IMG/VR virus record: IMGVR_UViG_3300040935_000019
Location: 809-64,808 of that record
Length of the DNA stretch: 64,000 bases
Reading direction: 5' to 3' (one strand)
Source: a virus
Taxonomy: Duplodnaviria; Caudoviricetes
Below the pieces are notes generated by a model. It had not been told where the DNA came from, did no database searches, and saw nothing but the letters and a program-made list of their open reading frames with translations. Each line of letters begins with the position of its first letter. Position 1 is the stretch's first letter. The translations under genes and the position numbers were made by a program. Shown one piece after another: positions 10,583 through 19,984 of the stretch.

Positions 10583-12537
10583 ACTAATACCCTAATACCT
10601 ATTGCATATTTTACATTAAAAACATCATCAAATGGATCTATGTAAATCTTTGGAACAGAGTACACCTCTGTTCTTAAGATGTCAATATCTCTATATCGTT
10701 CATACTGAACATCATTCAAAATAAAATTTTTTATCTTTTCCTCATAACATCTTCCTGAGACTCCCAAATCATCACAAATCTCGTCATCGTTGGATGATTC
10801 TATCGGGATGGTTAAAAACTTTGTGTAATAGTAGTTATAAATTACTTTGTTTACTAACTTAATGTCTTTAAGCTTTATACTCCAGATAAAATCGGGACCA
10901 CTATAGTTTTGCCTCGCTATACTCCTTAAACACATGTCATCACTAATATCTTTACATGTGTTCTTGATACTTTGAACCAAACCTCCCAAACGCAAATCAT
11001 CGGCGCTTCCAGAAGTATACAGCTCATCAAAAAGCCCAGCCTTAATCATCTTCACAACTTCCCTTAGCGGGTATTTAGGATAACCTGGAGTTCTAAACGA
11101 TCCCCTTATTCCGTTGTCATCATATATTAAAACGAACAAATTTATATCTCCATTTATTAGCTTTTGTATGTAAGAAGAGTAGTCAGTAACTGAAGAAGAC
11201 ATATTTTGTAATGCCTCATTAATTGTATTTTTATATTTATCAAAAAGTTGTTGTGTTAAAGTTAGTCCTATATAAACATTGTTTACGCTACTAAATTCCT
11301 TAATATCCAAAGCGGCCTCTAAAATTTTTGAAGAAATTTTGAAGACATCTATTCCTTCAGACTGAATTTTTTCCTCGCTTTTTATTTTTCTATATACTTC
11401 ACTTTTTAAATTTTCAGTTAGAGTAATGTCAAACTCTTTACTAGAAATCACATCAAACAACACGTTAAAGTATATTGGTTTTACTCTTAATATGTTGATT
11501 ATTGTTCCAACTGGCTTATAATTTTCCAATACCTGCTCTAATGGAGAAGCTATTGCGTCATTGAGAATTTTTTCCGAATTTATATACACATTTACAATTC
11601 CTGGATACTCAGAGCTAGAAATAGCGTATTCATTTTCCGAAAGGAAAGTTTTCAGTGCAAAATCTAAAGAATCTAATGTTCCTCTTGGTAATGAGTTTAT
11701 ATAATTTACGAATCTTGTTCGGTACTCTTCATCTGTTTCTCTGTCTTGGCCACCTGTTATAAAAGCATTTTCCCCAATCGTTAGCATTAAACCATCATCA
11801 CTAAGCTTAGAAGCTCCATCAAAATCGGCAAACATCGTATTGTTTGTATCTATTTGAATAGTTATGTCATTTTTTACCAAAAATTTTCTTCCAAAGAAGA
11901 CAACGTTTTCGTTTATTCTTGATGGTAAAAGATTTTTATCCTGCCCATAATCTGAAGATATAATTGGAAGAATTAAAAGTGCTATGGGCTTACTAGTTCT
12001 AAGAAATACTGTTTTCAAGAAATTTTTATACATTCTTGAAATATTTTGCTCACCATCGACTTCAAAAAACATATCTTCTGTAAATGGCAAAAATCTTAAA
12101 GGTGGCAAAATATAATAGCTTGATACATCTCCTCTGTCATTCATAACGTCTATAGAGGGTGTATTGGGGTATACTATTAGCGTGTCGTTTTCTGGATCCC
12201 AAAATGGAAAAACAAATCTTGCTCGATCTATAGATTCTACAGAATCAAAAGAAAACCCAACCGTCTTTAGAAATGCGTATCCCATAGATCTTTTTCCAAC
12301 TTTTCTTTTTAGTCCAGAAAATCCATAAATCAAATTATCTAAATACTCACCGCTAGCTGTTGCTATAAAGCTGTTCTTTTTTAAATCATCTAGCTCCGTG
12401 TAAGCATTTTCTAATTCTACAGATACCGAATAAAACAAGGACCTTAAAACGCTTCCAGGATTTATCTTTGTAATTTTGTCTTGAACCCTAAGAAAAATAG
12501 TTTCTAATGCTTGCAGTATTTCGAAACGACTTCTCAT
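10579..12537 (-). CDS. Baseplate J-like wedge protein
   Basis: INPGSVLRSL, FIATASGEYLD and ITGGQDRETDEEYRTR..GT are typical baseplate J motifs. Confidence 0.9.
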   Translation of the reverse strand: MRSRFEILQALETIFLRVQDKITKINPGSVLRSLFYSVSVELENAYTELDDLKKNSFIATASGEYLDNLIYGFSGLKRKVGKRSMGYAFLKTVGFSFDSVESIDRARFVFPFWDPENDTLIVYPNTPSIDVMNDRGDVSSYYILPPLRFLPFTEDMFFEVDGEQNISRMYKNFLKTVFLRTSKPIALLILPIISSDYGQDKNLLPSRINENVVFFGRKFLVKNDITIQIDTNNTMFADFDGASKLSDDGLMLTIGENAFITGGQDRETDEEYRTRFVNYINSLPRGTLDSLDFALKTFLSENEYAISSSEYPGIVNVYINSEKILNDAIASPLEQVLENYKPVGTIINILRVKPIYFNVLFDVISSKEFDITLTENLKSEVYRKIKSEEKIQSEGIDVFKISSKILEAALDIKEFSSVNNVYIGLTLTQQLFDKYKNTINEALQNMSSSVTDYSSYIQKLINGDINLFVLIYDDNGIRGSFRTPGYPKYPLREVVKMIKAGLFDELYTSGSADDLRLGGLVQSIKNTCKDISDDMCLRSIARQNYSGPDFIWSIKLKDIKLVNKVIYNYYYTKFLTIPIESSNDDEICDDLGVSGRCYEEKIKNFILNDVQYERYRDIDILRTEVYSVPKIYIDPFDDVFNVKYAIGIRVLV

Positions 12538-12560
12538 ATTCTTTTATTCTATTCAGTTTT

Positions 12561-13052
12561 TCATGTGAAAACTAGATTAAGAAAGATCCTATACTTAAAA
12601 AACTTAGGCTTTACATCTATTTCAATGTTTAGATACCTAGTTGCATACTCTTCAACATCCTCTACAACTATGTCATTCACGTACTCTACATCTTCCAAAC
12701 TTTCAAGCTTTTTTATTTCTTTTAGAACTTCGTTTGTATCTATTTTTCCCGTTGCACCTATATACCTATTCAAATTCCAACCAAAAAACTCGTTATGTGG
12801 CAATTCACCAACATTAGTTATTAACCAAAAATATACTCTTTGTACAAAGGCCTCCAAGTTGTAAACAAGTCTAATATCCTGCTCGTATTCATCAAAGTCT
12901 ATAGATCCATCCCAATTAAGTCTTATATCGTTTGGAAGTTCTTGTGAGCTTTGATTCTTAAAGTTATAAGAGGAATAATCGCTAAAAATTGATTGTACAT
13001 TTTCTGTTAATACTCTAACGTCTCTTATTTGTAGAGAAGAATACCTAGACAT
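12561..13052 (-). CDS. gp25/GPW-like baseplate wedge (sheath initiator)
   Basis: LITNVGELPHNEFFG motif; immediately upstream of baseplate J. Confidence 0.75.
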   Translation of the reverse strand: MSRYSSLQIRDVRVLTENVQSIFSDYSSYNFKNQSSQELPNDIRLNWDGSIDFDEYEQDIRLVYNLEAFVQRVYFWLITNVGELPHNEFFGWNLNRYIGATGKIDTNEVLKEIKKLESLEDVEYVNDIVVEDVEEYATRYLNIEIDVKPKFFKYRIFLNLVFT

Positions 13053-13938
13053 CTACAATGTCCTCCCTCTCACCTGAAATAGCTTTTAAGAACTTCAAAA
13101 GATGGGTAGAGAAATAATTTAGTTCCTTAAATTTAATCAATGCCACATTCTCTATATCAATATATTCTTTTTTTCTAAGTTCGATAGGAAAACTTTCAAT
13201 ACCAATCTTCTCCTTACTAATAAGATTATCTACCGGAAACTCTTCTGGTAAATAAAATACTATATTTTTGTCTGTGCTAACAAACATTAGGTTGTAGTTA
13301 AAAAATCTAAGCCCACTTAATTTTATACTTAAAACAAGTTTCGACATTTCCTCAAAGAAAAATTTCTTTTCCTCTGATATTTGCTTATAATTGGCGTAAA
13401 CATTAAGAAGATCCTCTGACAATAGCGAAATTTTTTTAAAAAATGACTTTTCAAAAAATGCGAATTCTTTGTTTAAAAAATATTCAAAATGATTAAAGAG
13501 CTTGTAGTTAAAAACTCTCAATATTCTAAAGAAGAGTAGTGCTTTATTGCTTACTTTTACGTGTCTATCTTCGTCAAATTCTTTTATTTTTTCATTGTAC
13601 AGATAGACTCTGCTTTCAACTATTTTTAGCTTCGGTATGTATATTCTTTTCCCAGATATTTTTGCTAAAAGAAAATCGTCAACTATTTCTCCATCAATAG
13701 CCAATTCTTCTGCAAGCTTAAGAGCCTTTGTACTGTTAGTAAAAACTATAGAGAAGGGAAATGTATAGTGTTTAAACTTGTATAAAAAGCCTTCAACACT
13801 TTCCAAATTCTCCAAATAGCTATTCAAAGTCAGGCTATGTTTAATGCAGAAGTCATAAATAAAACAAAACTTCTCTGCATTTTCAGAAAATGCAGAATAG
13901 TTTCTTAATTTTTTTAACTTTACAACCTCTTCGCACAT
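13045..13938 (-). CDS. Hypothetical protein
   Basis: 297-aa ORF coupled to the next gene. Confidence 0.65.
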   Translation of the reverse strand: MCEEVVKLKKLRNYSAFSENAEKFCFIYDFCIKHSLTLNSYLENLESVEGFLYKFKHYTFPFSIVFTNSTKALKLAEELAIDGEIVDDFLLAKISGKRIYIPKLKIVESRVYLYNEKIKEFDEDRHVKVSNKALLFFRILRVFNYKLFNHFEYFLNKEFAFFEKSFFKKISLLSEDLLNVYANYKQISEEKKFFFEEMSKLVLSIKLSGLRFFNYNLMFVSTDKNIVFYLPEEFPVDNLISKEKIGIESFPIELRKKEYIDIENVALIKFKELNYFSTHLLKFLKAISGEREDIVDV

Positions 13939-13945
13939 AACATAA

Positions 13946-15574
13946 CTAAACTACATATGGTAAGTTATTCTGCATAACAGGCAAAGCAGATGGGGGGCAG
14001 ACTGCAGGAGGATTAACTGTTAGTGGGGTTCCTGTACGAATTGGATCTGGAGAAATTCTTACAGTGTAAATTATATCTATAGTATACTTAAGACTTGTCC
14101 ACCTAACCCTATCTCCTCCAATATCTGCAAATACGCCTGGAAATATTTTCATAGATATTACATCTGTACCCGCAGAAGAAAAACTTCTAAAGCTGCTAGC
14201 TATATCCCCAGTTATTATTCTTCTTTCTACACCCACTACGTCTTGAAGATTATCCTGTATATACACAAAATTACAATTTTGGTCAACGCTCCAAAGCCTT
14301 CCATCAACAAAATTGTAGTTTCCATTTATTATGCCAAGCGATGTGAGGGGAGATAACGAAGTTCCATAGCGAACAATCGTTCTCCATATTCCCGCCTGTA
14401 TCCATCCGCGAGGATCATTTATAGAGGCGTAGCTTCTATACAGTGCTGGAATTAAATGATAAGTCCTAGCCCAATAAGTCCCACTTTGAATTGGGTAGTC
14501 AAATCTTTCATCTGGATAAATTCTTCTATATCTATTATCTGAAGTTTTAGGTGTACGCTCGATCGGATAATACTGAACTGCATTGATTTCTACATTTACA
14601 TACATATTGGAGCCATATATACCAGGGAAATTATTTATACCAACGGCTTGATTAAGAAGTTGAGCCGCTTCTTGTATCAACGTTGAATTGTTAGTTGTGG
14701 GGTCTATATACCTTTGATAGGTAGAGGTTTCTACAATTTTATCATGCGCTAATGGCCATAAAATAAAAGTTGGATTAGATGGATATGTTCCTCCGTATTC
14801 CCAATTAAATAAAAGATGAAGATTTGATCCGTACTTTACATCGTATGAGTTTTGAATATAGGTTTGCGAGTTAGTTCCAATATCCGGATCATATCTTCCA
14901 AATCCAGGTTCACCTTCAACGCCGTTCTGATAATAGCTAACAGTAGCTGATGGGGGAAGACCTCCAATTCTATATTTAGGATGAACAGGAGGGTTAATCT
15001 TGAGATAAGGTAATAATCTGGTGGCATTAGTTGTTGAAATAGAAATAGGAGATATTATTTCGTATACACTGTGCACTAACTTATCTGTGTCCCAATTTGT
15101 CGCTCCGTTCAAATCTGAAAAAACATAGTAGTAAAAATCTGCATTTATAGGATACATTACAGGGGCGTGATCCCCGCCTATAAATTGATAATTAGCCTCA
15201 ATAAGTGAATACACCGCTACTGCTCTAACATAAAGAGTATACTCTTTAGACTTCAATGAAACACTAGTGGTAGACAAAGAATACCCACAGTTTCCATCTG
15301 CCGAAGCCTTTCTTATTAACAAAGTATCAGATGCACTGTCATAGTCTACATAACTTTTTTCTGGTAAAATTACTCCACTATTAGGGCAAAAACTATCGGA
15401 AGAAGTTGGAACATTTGGTTTTAGCTCAATACAATTTGCGCTAGCAGGAATACTAGATCTTCCAGAAAACCCTGATGGGTTGTCTACTGGAGAAGTTGTG
15501 CTATCATCAATACATATCAACGATCTTCCTGATACCGATAAGAAATAAAATTTTCTTTGCACTTTTACGCCCAT
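13946..15574 (-). CDS. Hypothetical virion protein (Cys/Pro/Tyr-rich)
   Basis: 542-aa ORF preceded by a GGAGGT SD. Confidence 0.7.
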   Translation of the reverse strand: MGVKVQRKFYFLSVSGRSLICIDDSTTSPVDNPSGFSGRSSIPASANCIELKPNVPTSSDSFCPNSGVILPEKSYVDYDSASDTLLIRKASADGNCGYSLSTTSVSLKSKEYTLYVRAVAVYSLIEANYQFIGGDHAPVMYPINADFYYYVFSDLNGATNWDTDKLVHSVYEIISPISISTTNATRLLPYLKINPPVHPKYRIGGLPPSATVSYYQNGVEGEPGFGRYDPDIGTNSQTYIQNSYDVKYGSNLHLLFNWEYGGTYPSNPTFILWPLAHDKIVETSTYQRYIDPTTNNSTLIQEAAQLLNQAVGINNFPGIYGSNMYVNVEINAVQYYPIERTPKTSDNRYRRIYPDERFDYPIQSGTYWARTYHLIPALYRSYASINDPRGWIQAGIWRTIVRYGTSLSPLTSLGIINGNYNFVDGRLWSVDQNCNFVYIQDNLQDVVGVERRIITGDIASSFRSFSSAGTDVISMKIFPGVFADIGGDRVRWTSLKYTIDIIYTVRISPDPIRTGTPLTVNPPAVCPPSALPVMQNNLPYVV

Positions 15575-15577
15575 ACC

Positions 15578-16144
15578 TTACATTACCTCCATTTCTATTA
15601 TAAGGGTTTCGAGAAGTTGTATAAACTTTCTTGCCATTTCTATCTTTTCTATGTTTATACTGTTAGTTAGTTCATATCCAAGATTTTCTGCTAGACTTTT
15701 TATTTCGTTGCTTATTTCTTCTATTGCATTTATTGCTCCTTTTTCCTTATAAAGATTTTTAAACCTTCTTACACTTTCCAAAAACAGAGAATCATCTAGC
15801 GCATAAAACTCAATAATTAGCTTTTCGTTTTCTGACACGAAAACACCAACTCCATTTTCATGCAAAAGAAAAACTTCTTGTGGGTAGTTAGAAATCTCTA
15901 GTGAAAATCTTTCTTCCCCACTCTGACTTATAACTCTGACAATCAGTAAAGCATTAACAGGCGGTACATATAAATCCAGAAGATCCAACACGTTAATAGA
16001 AAAAATTTTTTCAGAATCTACACTTCTCTCAAGTTTAACAACTTTAAAATTTTTAATAAGATTTTTAAAGCCTTCCAAATCGTCTCTTACATCTAGATAA
16101 AAATATTGGCCAAAGGGTAAAAATTTTTCAAACACCTCTATCAT
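15578..16144 (-). CDS. Hypothetical protein
   Basis: 188 aa; ATGA overlap with the upstream gene. Confidence 0.65.
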   Translation of the reverse strand: MIEVFEKFLPFGQYFYLDVRDDLEGFKNLIKNFKVVKLERSVDSEKIFSINVLDLLDLYVPPVNALLIVRVISQSGEERFSLEISNYPQEVFLLHENGVGVFVSENEKLIIEFYALDDSLFLESVRRFKNLYKEKGAINAIEEISNEIKSLAENLGYELTNSINIEKIEMARKFIQLLETLIIEMEVM

Positions 16145-16926
16145 AGAATTACCCCCGAAATAATAAGATTACCACTAACAAAAAGGTTGTTGTCGATAGA
16201 AGTAGCGCCTGATATAGTAACATCGTTATTAAATGTAGCAGTACCCCCAACAGACAAAATTGATTGTAAAGAAGTGGAACTAAAAACAGTTAAGGTACCA
16301 GAAATTGAAACATTTCCTCCTGATGTCAAAGAGCTAACGTTTGTACTACCCAATACTGTTGTAGCGGATGGAGCGTTTATTGTGAGATTTACATTTAAGT
16401 TATCTAGTGTAGCACTTGGAGCAGTTATAGCTCCATCTATCCTAGCTTTTCCTTTTACCCAAAGGGCATCTGAAGATGGGTTTATTATTTCAACGGTCAA
16501 TCCATTCTTAAGCAAAGAAGAATCGTATACAGTTAATGTTCCTCTTGCAGTAACGTTTTTATGTTGTCCTCTATATAATGGATTTTCACTATTGGTGTAG
16601 TGTTCAACGGCAAATTCGTTGTTAATATGGTAATTTAGTGAGTTATTAGCCTGGTCTATTCTTCCATCAAGTCTGTTAACTTCAGATATTACATACGCTC
16701 TAAGAGACTCAATACTATCGTAGAGATATTTTAAGGTAAAAAAAGGCACTTTATACCATTTGTTTTGCGGGTCATTAAGGTCTACTCCATAAATAGATAA
16801 AATTACAGATCGTATAAAATTTAAATCCTCCTCTAGATTCGTAGAGGATTCAGCATTAGTAATAGTTAACCTGTCGTTAAATCTAGAGCTATTGTAAATT
16901 TCTGTTTGTTGTATGTTACAAACCAC
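16141..16926 (-). CDS. Short fibre-like protein with beta-repeat C-terminus
   Basis: GxLTV/GNVSISGTLTV repeats; N-terminus paralogous to 6406..8673; TATAAT lies 6 nt before the GTG. Confidence 0.6.
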   Translation of the reverse strand: MVCNIQQTEIYNSSRFNDRLTITNAESSTNLEEDLNFIRSVILSIYGVDLNDPQNKWYKVPFFTLKYLYDSIESLRAYVISEVNRLDGRIDQANNSLNYHINNEFAVEHYTNSENPLYRGQHKNVTARGTLTVYDSSLLKNGLTVEIINPSSDALWVKGKARIDGAITAPSATLDNLNVNLTINAPSATTVLGSTNVSSLTSGGNVSISGTLTVFSSTSLQSILSVGGTATFNNDVTISGATSIDNNLFVSGNLIISGVIL

Positions 16927-16953
16927 GATTATATTATAAAGCTTGAAGTGAAA

Positions 16954-17262
16954 CTATACATTTAAAGAATCAAAATAGAAATCGATGTGCGTGAAACCTA
17001 GTAGGTAATGCACTAGGTTTTTGTCATTGTCAATAAATAAAAGCAACGGTGTAACGTATTGGTGGTTCTTAATCTCGGGAAAAATTTCTTCTACCTTCGG
17101 CTTTGCTAAATTCATATACTCCATAAACCTACTTTCATCATCTTCAACAAACAGCATCTTTACATTAGATGCTAAAATCTTGTTTAAGTGCTTATTTAGA
17201 ATGTTCTTACAATGGCCACAGGACTTAGAAAGTAAAAGCACTTGATTTACTTCTGTCATCAT
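16954..17262 (-). CDS. Thioredoxin-fold oxidoreductase (CGHC)
   Basis: SKSCGHCK and VTPLLLF cis-Pro motif; 102 aa. Confidence 0.8.
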   Translation of the reverse strand: MMTEVNQVLLLSKSCGHCKNILNKHLNKILASNVKMLFVEDDESRFMEYMNLAKPKVEEIFPEIKNHQYVTPLLLFIDNDKNLVHYLLGFTHIDFYFDSLNV

Positions 17263-17277
17263 TCCTCTTCCCCCCTA

Positions 17278-17580
17278 TTATAATATAAAAGACAAATCCC
17301 TAATAATATTTACCTTTGTAGCTTCAACAACTTCTCTCATTAAACTATCAATTTCCTCTTCTGCCCAAAATTCCTTTTGTGAAAAAAGGTTTATAAGGTG
17401 ATTGTAATTTATGGTCATATACTCAAACTCCCTAACATTGTCTAAACGCTTTATGTGCTTTTTTATATCTTTTTTAAAGTTCTCTATCTCTTCAAAATAC
17501 TTATCAAAAATCGAGTTGCTTGAATGTTCTTGACTAAACAGCATTTTGAAAATCTTTTCTTGAGAAAAGATGTTTCCCAT
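17278..17580 (-). CDS. Hypothetical protein
   Basis: 100-aa ORF in the operon. Confidence 0.6.
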   Translation of the reverse strand: MGNIFSQEKIFKMLFSQEHSSNSIFDKYFEEIENFKKDIKKHIKRLDNVREFEYMTINYNHLINLFSQKEFWAEEEIDSLMREVVEATKVNIIRDLSFIL

Positions 17581-17584
17581 ATTC

Positions 17585-18073
17585 TTAATCCTTGAAAATC
17601 ATAAGGGTTATTGTCGCATTAACAAAACCAAAAAACACCAAAGTTGTCAAGTAATTTGGAAAGATAAGCGGGTAAAAGATAATAAGAAACGCCAATATAG
17701 AAGATTTAACGATATTACCATAAGTAGACACTAAAGATCCTACTTTAGTATCGAAAAAGGTGATAATCGCACCAAAAACACCCAAATATGCAAGTAGACA
17801 TTTGACGACAATGGTACCAACATCCCAATATTCTTTTCCCCCTATAAATAAGAAGTGAACTAAATTACCTCCACCAAATAACAAATAATAAGTAAAAGTT
17901 CCTAAAACTCCAGCCCAAAATCCAGCGCAAAGCTTACAAAGAAGAAGCTCGTAGAAAACTTTATTTTCTGAAAGTTTAACATAAAATCTGTACCTTAAAT
18001 ATTTGAACCAAAAAGCTGAATATAGAACCCCTAAAAGCACTGTTAGTATTACAGAACTCATGATGCTTTCCAC
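17585..18073 (-). CDS. Multi-pass membrane protein with CxxC (DUF1360-like)
   Basis: 4-5 hydrophobic segments; ELLLCKLCAGFW motif. Confidence 0.6.
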   Translation of the reverse strand: MESIMSSVILTVLLGVLYSAFWFKYLRYRFYVKLSENKVFYELLLCKLCAGFWAGVLGTFTYYLLFGGGNLVHFLFIGGKEYWDVGTIVVKCLLAYLGVFGAIITFFDTKVGSLVSTYGNIVKSSILAFLIIFYPLIFPNYLTTLVFFGFVNATITLMIFKD

Positions 18074-18297
18074 CCCCTAAGGCTATTGAGAAAATTGTTC
18101 AGTTCACTTTCTTCAAAAAGATGTGCTCTTTTCTGAAAAAACTCTTCAACGTAGTCTAAAGTTTCTGTTACAAATAACTTGTGTTTATTAACAAACACCT
18201 CATAGGTTCCGGAATTATTCTTTACAGAGAATGTATCAGAAAATTTACAAGAGCAATCTTTTTTTGTTTTTAGTTCCAAAACACTGCCCTCAAGCAT
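18058..18297 (-). CDS. Hypothetical protein
   Basis: 79 aa; overlaps both neighbours; SD present. Confidence 0.6.
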   Translation of the reverse strand: MLEGSVLELKTKKDCSCKFSDTFSVKNNSGTYEVFVNKHKLFVTETLDYVEEFFQKRAHLFEESELNNFLNSLRGWKAS

Positions 18298-18601
18298 CTA
18301 CTTCCCCCTTCTCAATCATGAAGATTTGATCAATCGGAACAGACACATAACGATATTCTAAATCTTCTGATAAAAGCTCTACTCGCTGTTTAGACAAAAA
18401 GCGAACTTTATCGCCCTCTTTCATTACGTCAAGCAAGGGTCTGTAAGATTGATAATCTTCTGTAAGAATCTGTGGAACCTTGACAACGGTACCATAATTT
18501 ACGGGCGGGTCTTCAGAAACTACAACAATTGAGCCACGATTTTGAATGTTGTTTTTATTTATCTTAACAAGCACGTGGTTGACTAGAACTTCATCTCTCA
18601 T
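18290..18601 (-). CDS. GroES/gp31-like co-chaperonin
   Basis: HVLVK...RGSIVV...YGTVVKV...EGDKVRF...VPIDQIFMI matches the Cpn10 pattern. Confidence 0.75.
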   Translation of the reverse strand: MRDEVLVNHVLVKINKNNIQNRGSIVVVSEDPPVNYGTVVKVPQILTEDYQSYRPLLDVMKEGDKVRFLSKQRVELLSEDLEYRYVSVPIDQIFMIEKGEVDA

Positions 18602-18999
18602 TCACTTACCTCCTCACGCTTCTCTTGAACATCAAAATCGAATCTATCTTCAATCAAATAATCAAACACAACTGGACTACTGCTAAGTAGTACTAAATAT
18701 TGATCTTGAAACTTCTTAAATTCTTCTTCGTAATCTTCTTTTGTTAAATCTTTTACCTTTTCCCCGTAAGTTCTAAACAAATAAGCGTCAAAGGCGTGAT
18801 TGTGCATTGCTAATTGGAAAAGATCTTTGTTTTGCGTATATTTTTCAAACTTTTCAGTTGGCATAACAACTTGAAGAACAAATTCGAAAGTTTCTCTTTC
18901 CTGGTCTCCTTCAACCAATATAATGTTAGATCCCTTTTTCTTTACAGCGATAAAAATTCCGATTGCGTTTGGCGTGTGATCAAGGGGCTGTTTATTCAT
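18598..18999 (-). CDS. Hypothetical protein
   Basis: 133 aa with an AGGAG SD. Confidence 0.65.
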   Translation of the reverse strand: MNKQPLDHTPNAIGIFIAVKKKGSNIILVEGDQERETFEFVLQVVMPTEKFEKYTQNKDLFQLAMHNHAFDAYLFRTYGEKVKDLTKEDYEEEFKKFQDQYLVLLSSSPVVFDYLIEDRFDFDVQEKREEVSE

Positions 19000-19204
19000 T
19001 GTTATCTCCTTTCTCTAGTTGTGAAAGTATTTCTTCTAACATGCTCTTTCTCCCTTCAAGGAAAATAAACCTTTCTCTAAGTTTTGCCTCAAAATCATTA
19101 AGTTCCTGAATCTTTTCTCTAACCTCTTTAACCTTGTCAAAAATCTCCCTCATTTCCTGAGTTACCTCTTGCAACTTGGTTTGTAGCATTTCCTTTTCTG
19201 TCAT
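18992..19204 (-). CDS. Small coiled-coil protein
   Basis: 70 aa; GGAGG SD with TATAAT upstream. Confidence 0.65.
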   Translation of the reverse strand: MTEKEMLQTKLQEVTQEMREIFDKVKEVREKIQELNDFEAKLRERFIFLEGRKSMLEEILSQLEKGDNNE

Positions 19205-19287
19205 TTTCTTCCTCCAAACTGAATTATACTACGAAATCTTTTAAAGCTTAAATTAAGGCTCAAGATGAACCCTGCATTTACGTTCCT

Positions 19288-19316
19288 ATAGTACCATGAG
19301 CCCCTGGGTTTGTCAA
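19288..19316 (-). promoter_or_regulatory. Sigma70-type promoter TTGACA-17-TACTAT
   Basis: Consensus hexamers with a 17-nt spacer, upstream of the chaperone/redox operon. Confidence 0.75.
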
Positions 19317-19323
19317 GCATGTT

Positions 19324-19971
19324 TCATCCACACTTTGAATAGCCGCAATCTAAGCACGTAAAACACCCCTCACTTAATACTGCATTGTTAGAAGAACAAG
19401 AAGGACACGTCAACCCGCTATTTTTAGTTTGTTTAGCTTTTTCTGTCTTTTCTTCTTCCTTAACTTCGTTAGATGAAGCAAGATTGCTATCTAATGTATC
19501 GTTGTTATTTATTAATCTACTTAGAGAATCAAAATTTCCATAGAACATTAGCACTTTCGCTAACAAATCAGGAATAGACTTTATAAACTTACTCTTTTTT
19601 TGCATTGGGAATTTAACAAGAGCAGAAGTCCCAGAATCAAGTCCATCTAAGTGTTTTATGATCTTTTCAATAGGAACCCTATACTTCAACTGATTGCTTA
19701 TCATTCTCGCCAGTGCCTGAATGTAGGCATTGATTTCTGGCGATGTTGATGAGGCGTTTACAAATATCTCTAACAATCTCTTTTCTTCATCAAAATTGAG
19801 CGTTATGTAAAACGAGTGGTCAAGATATTTAATCTTAATCGTATATCCAAACACTACATCATTCCTTACTAAAGTTTCTCTTTCTTTAACAGTTTCTTTT
19901 GATCCTCCTTCAATTTGCTTATCTTCTACAAGCTCAAACCTTATTATTTTTCCCTTTAGCTCGTACAACAT
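19324..19971 (-). CDS. Class II RNR small C-terminal subunit (TSCPD domain plus Zn ribbon, NrdJb-like)
   Basis: KSIPDLLAK, CPSC...EGCFTCLDCGYSKCG. Confidence 0.85.
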   Translation of the reverse strand: MLYELKGKIIRFELVEDKQIEGGSKETVKERETLVRNDVVFGYTIKIKYLDHSFYITLNFDEEKRLLEIFVNASSTSPEINAYIQALARMISNQLKYRVPIEKIIKHLDGLDSGTSALVKFPMQKKSKFIKSIPDLLAKVLMFYGNFDSLSRLINNNDTLDSNLASSNEVKEEEKTEKAKQTKNSGLTCPSCSSNNAVLSEGCFTCLDCGYSKCG

Positions 19972-19984
19972 ATTTAGTCCCCTC

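Noticed and set aside
12126-12135. Partial match of spacer 3 (AGAGGAGA) to the baseplate J gene
   Set aside because: Only about 8 nt; expected by chance
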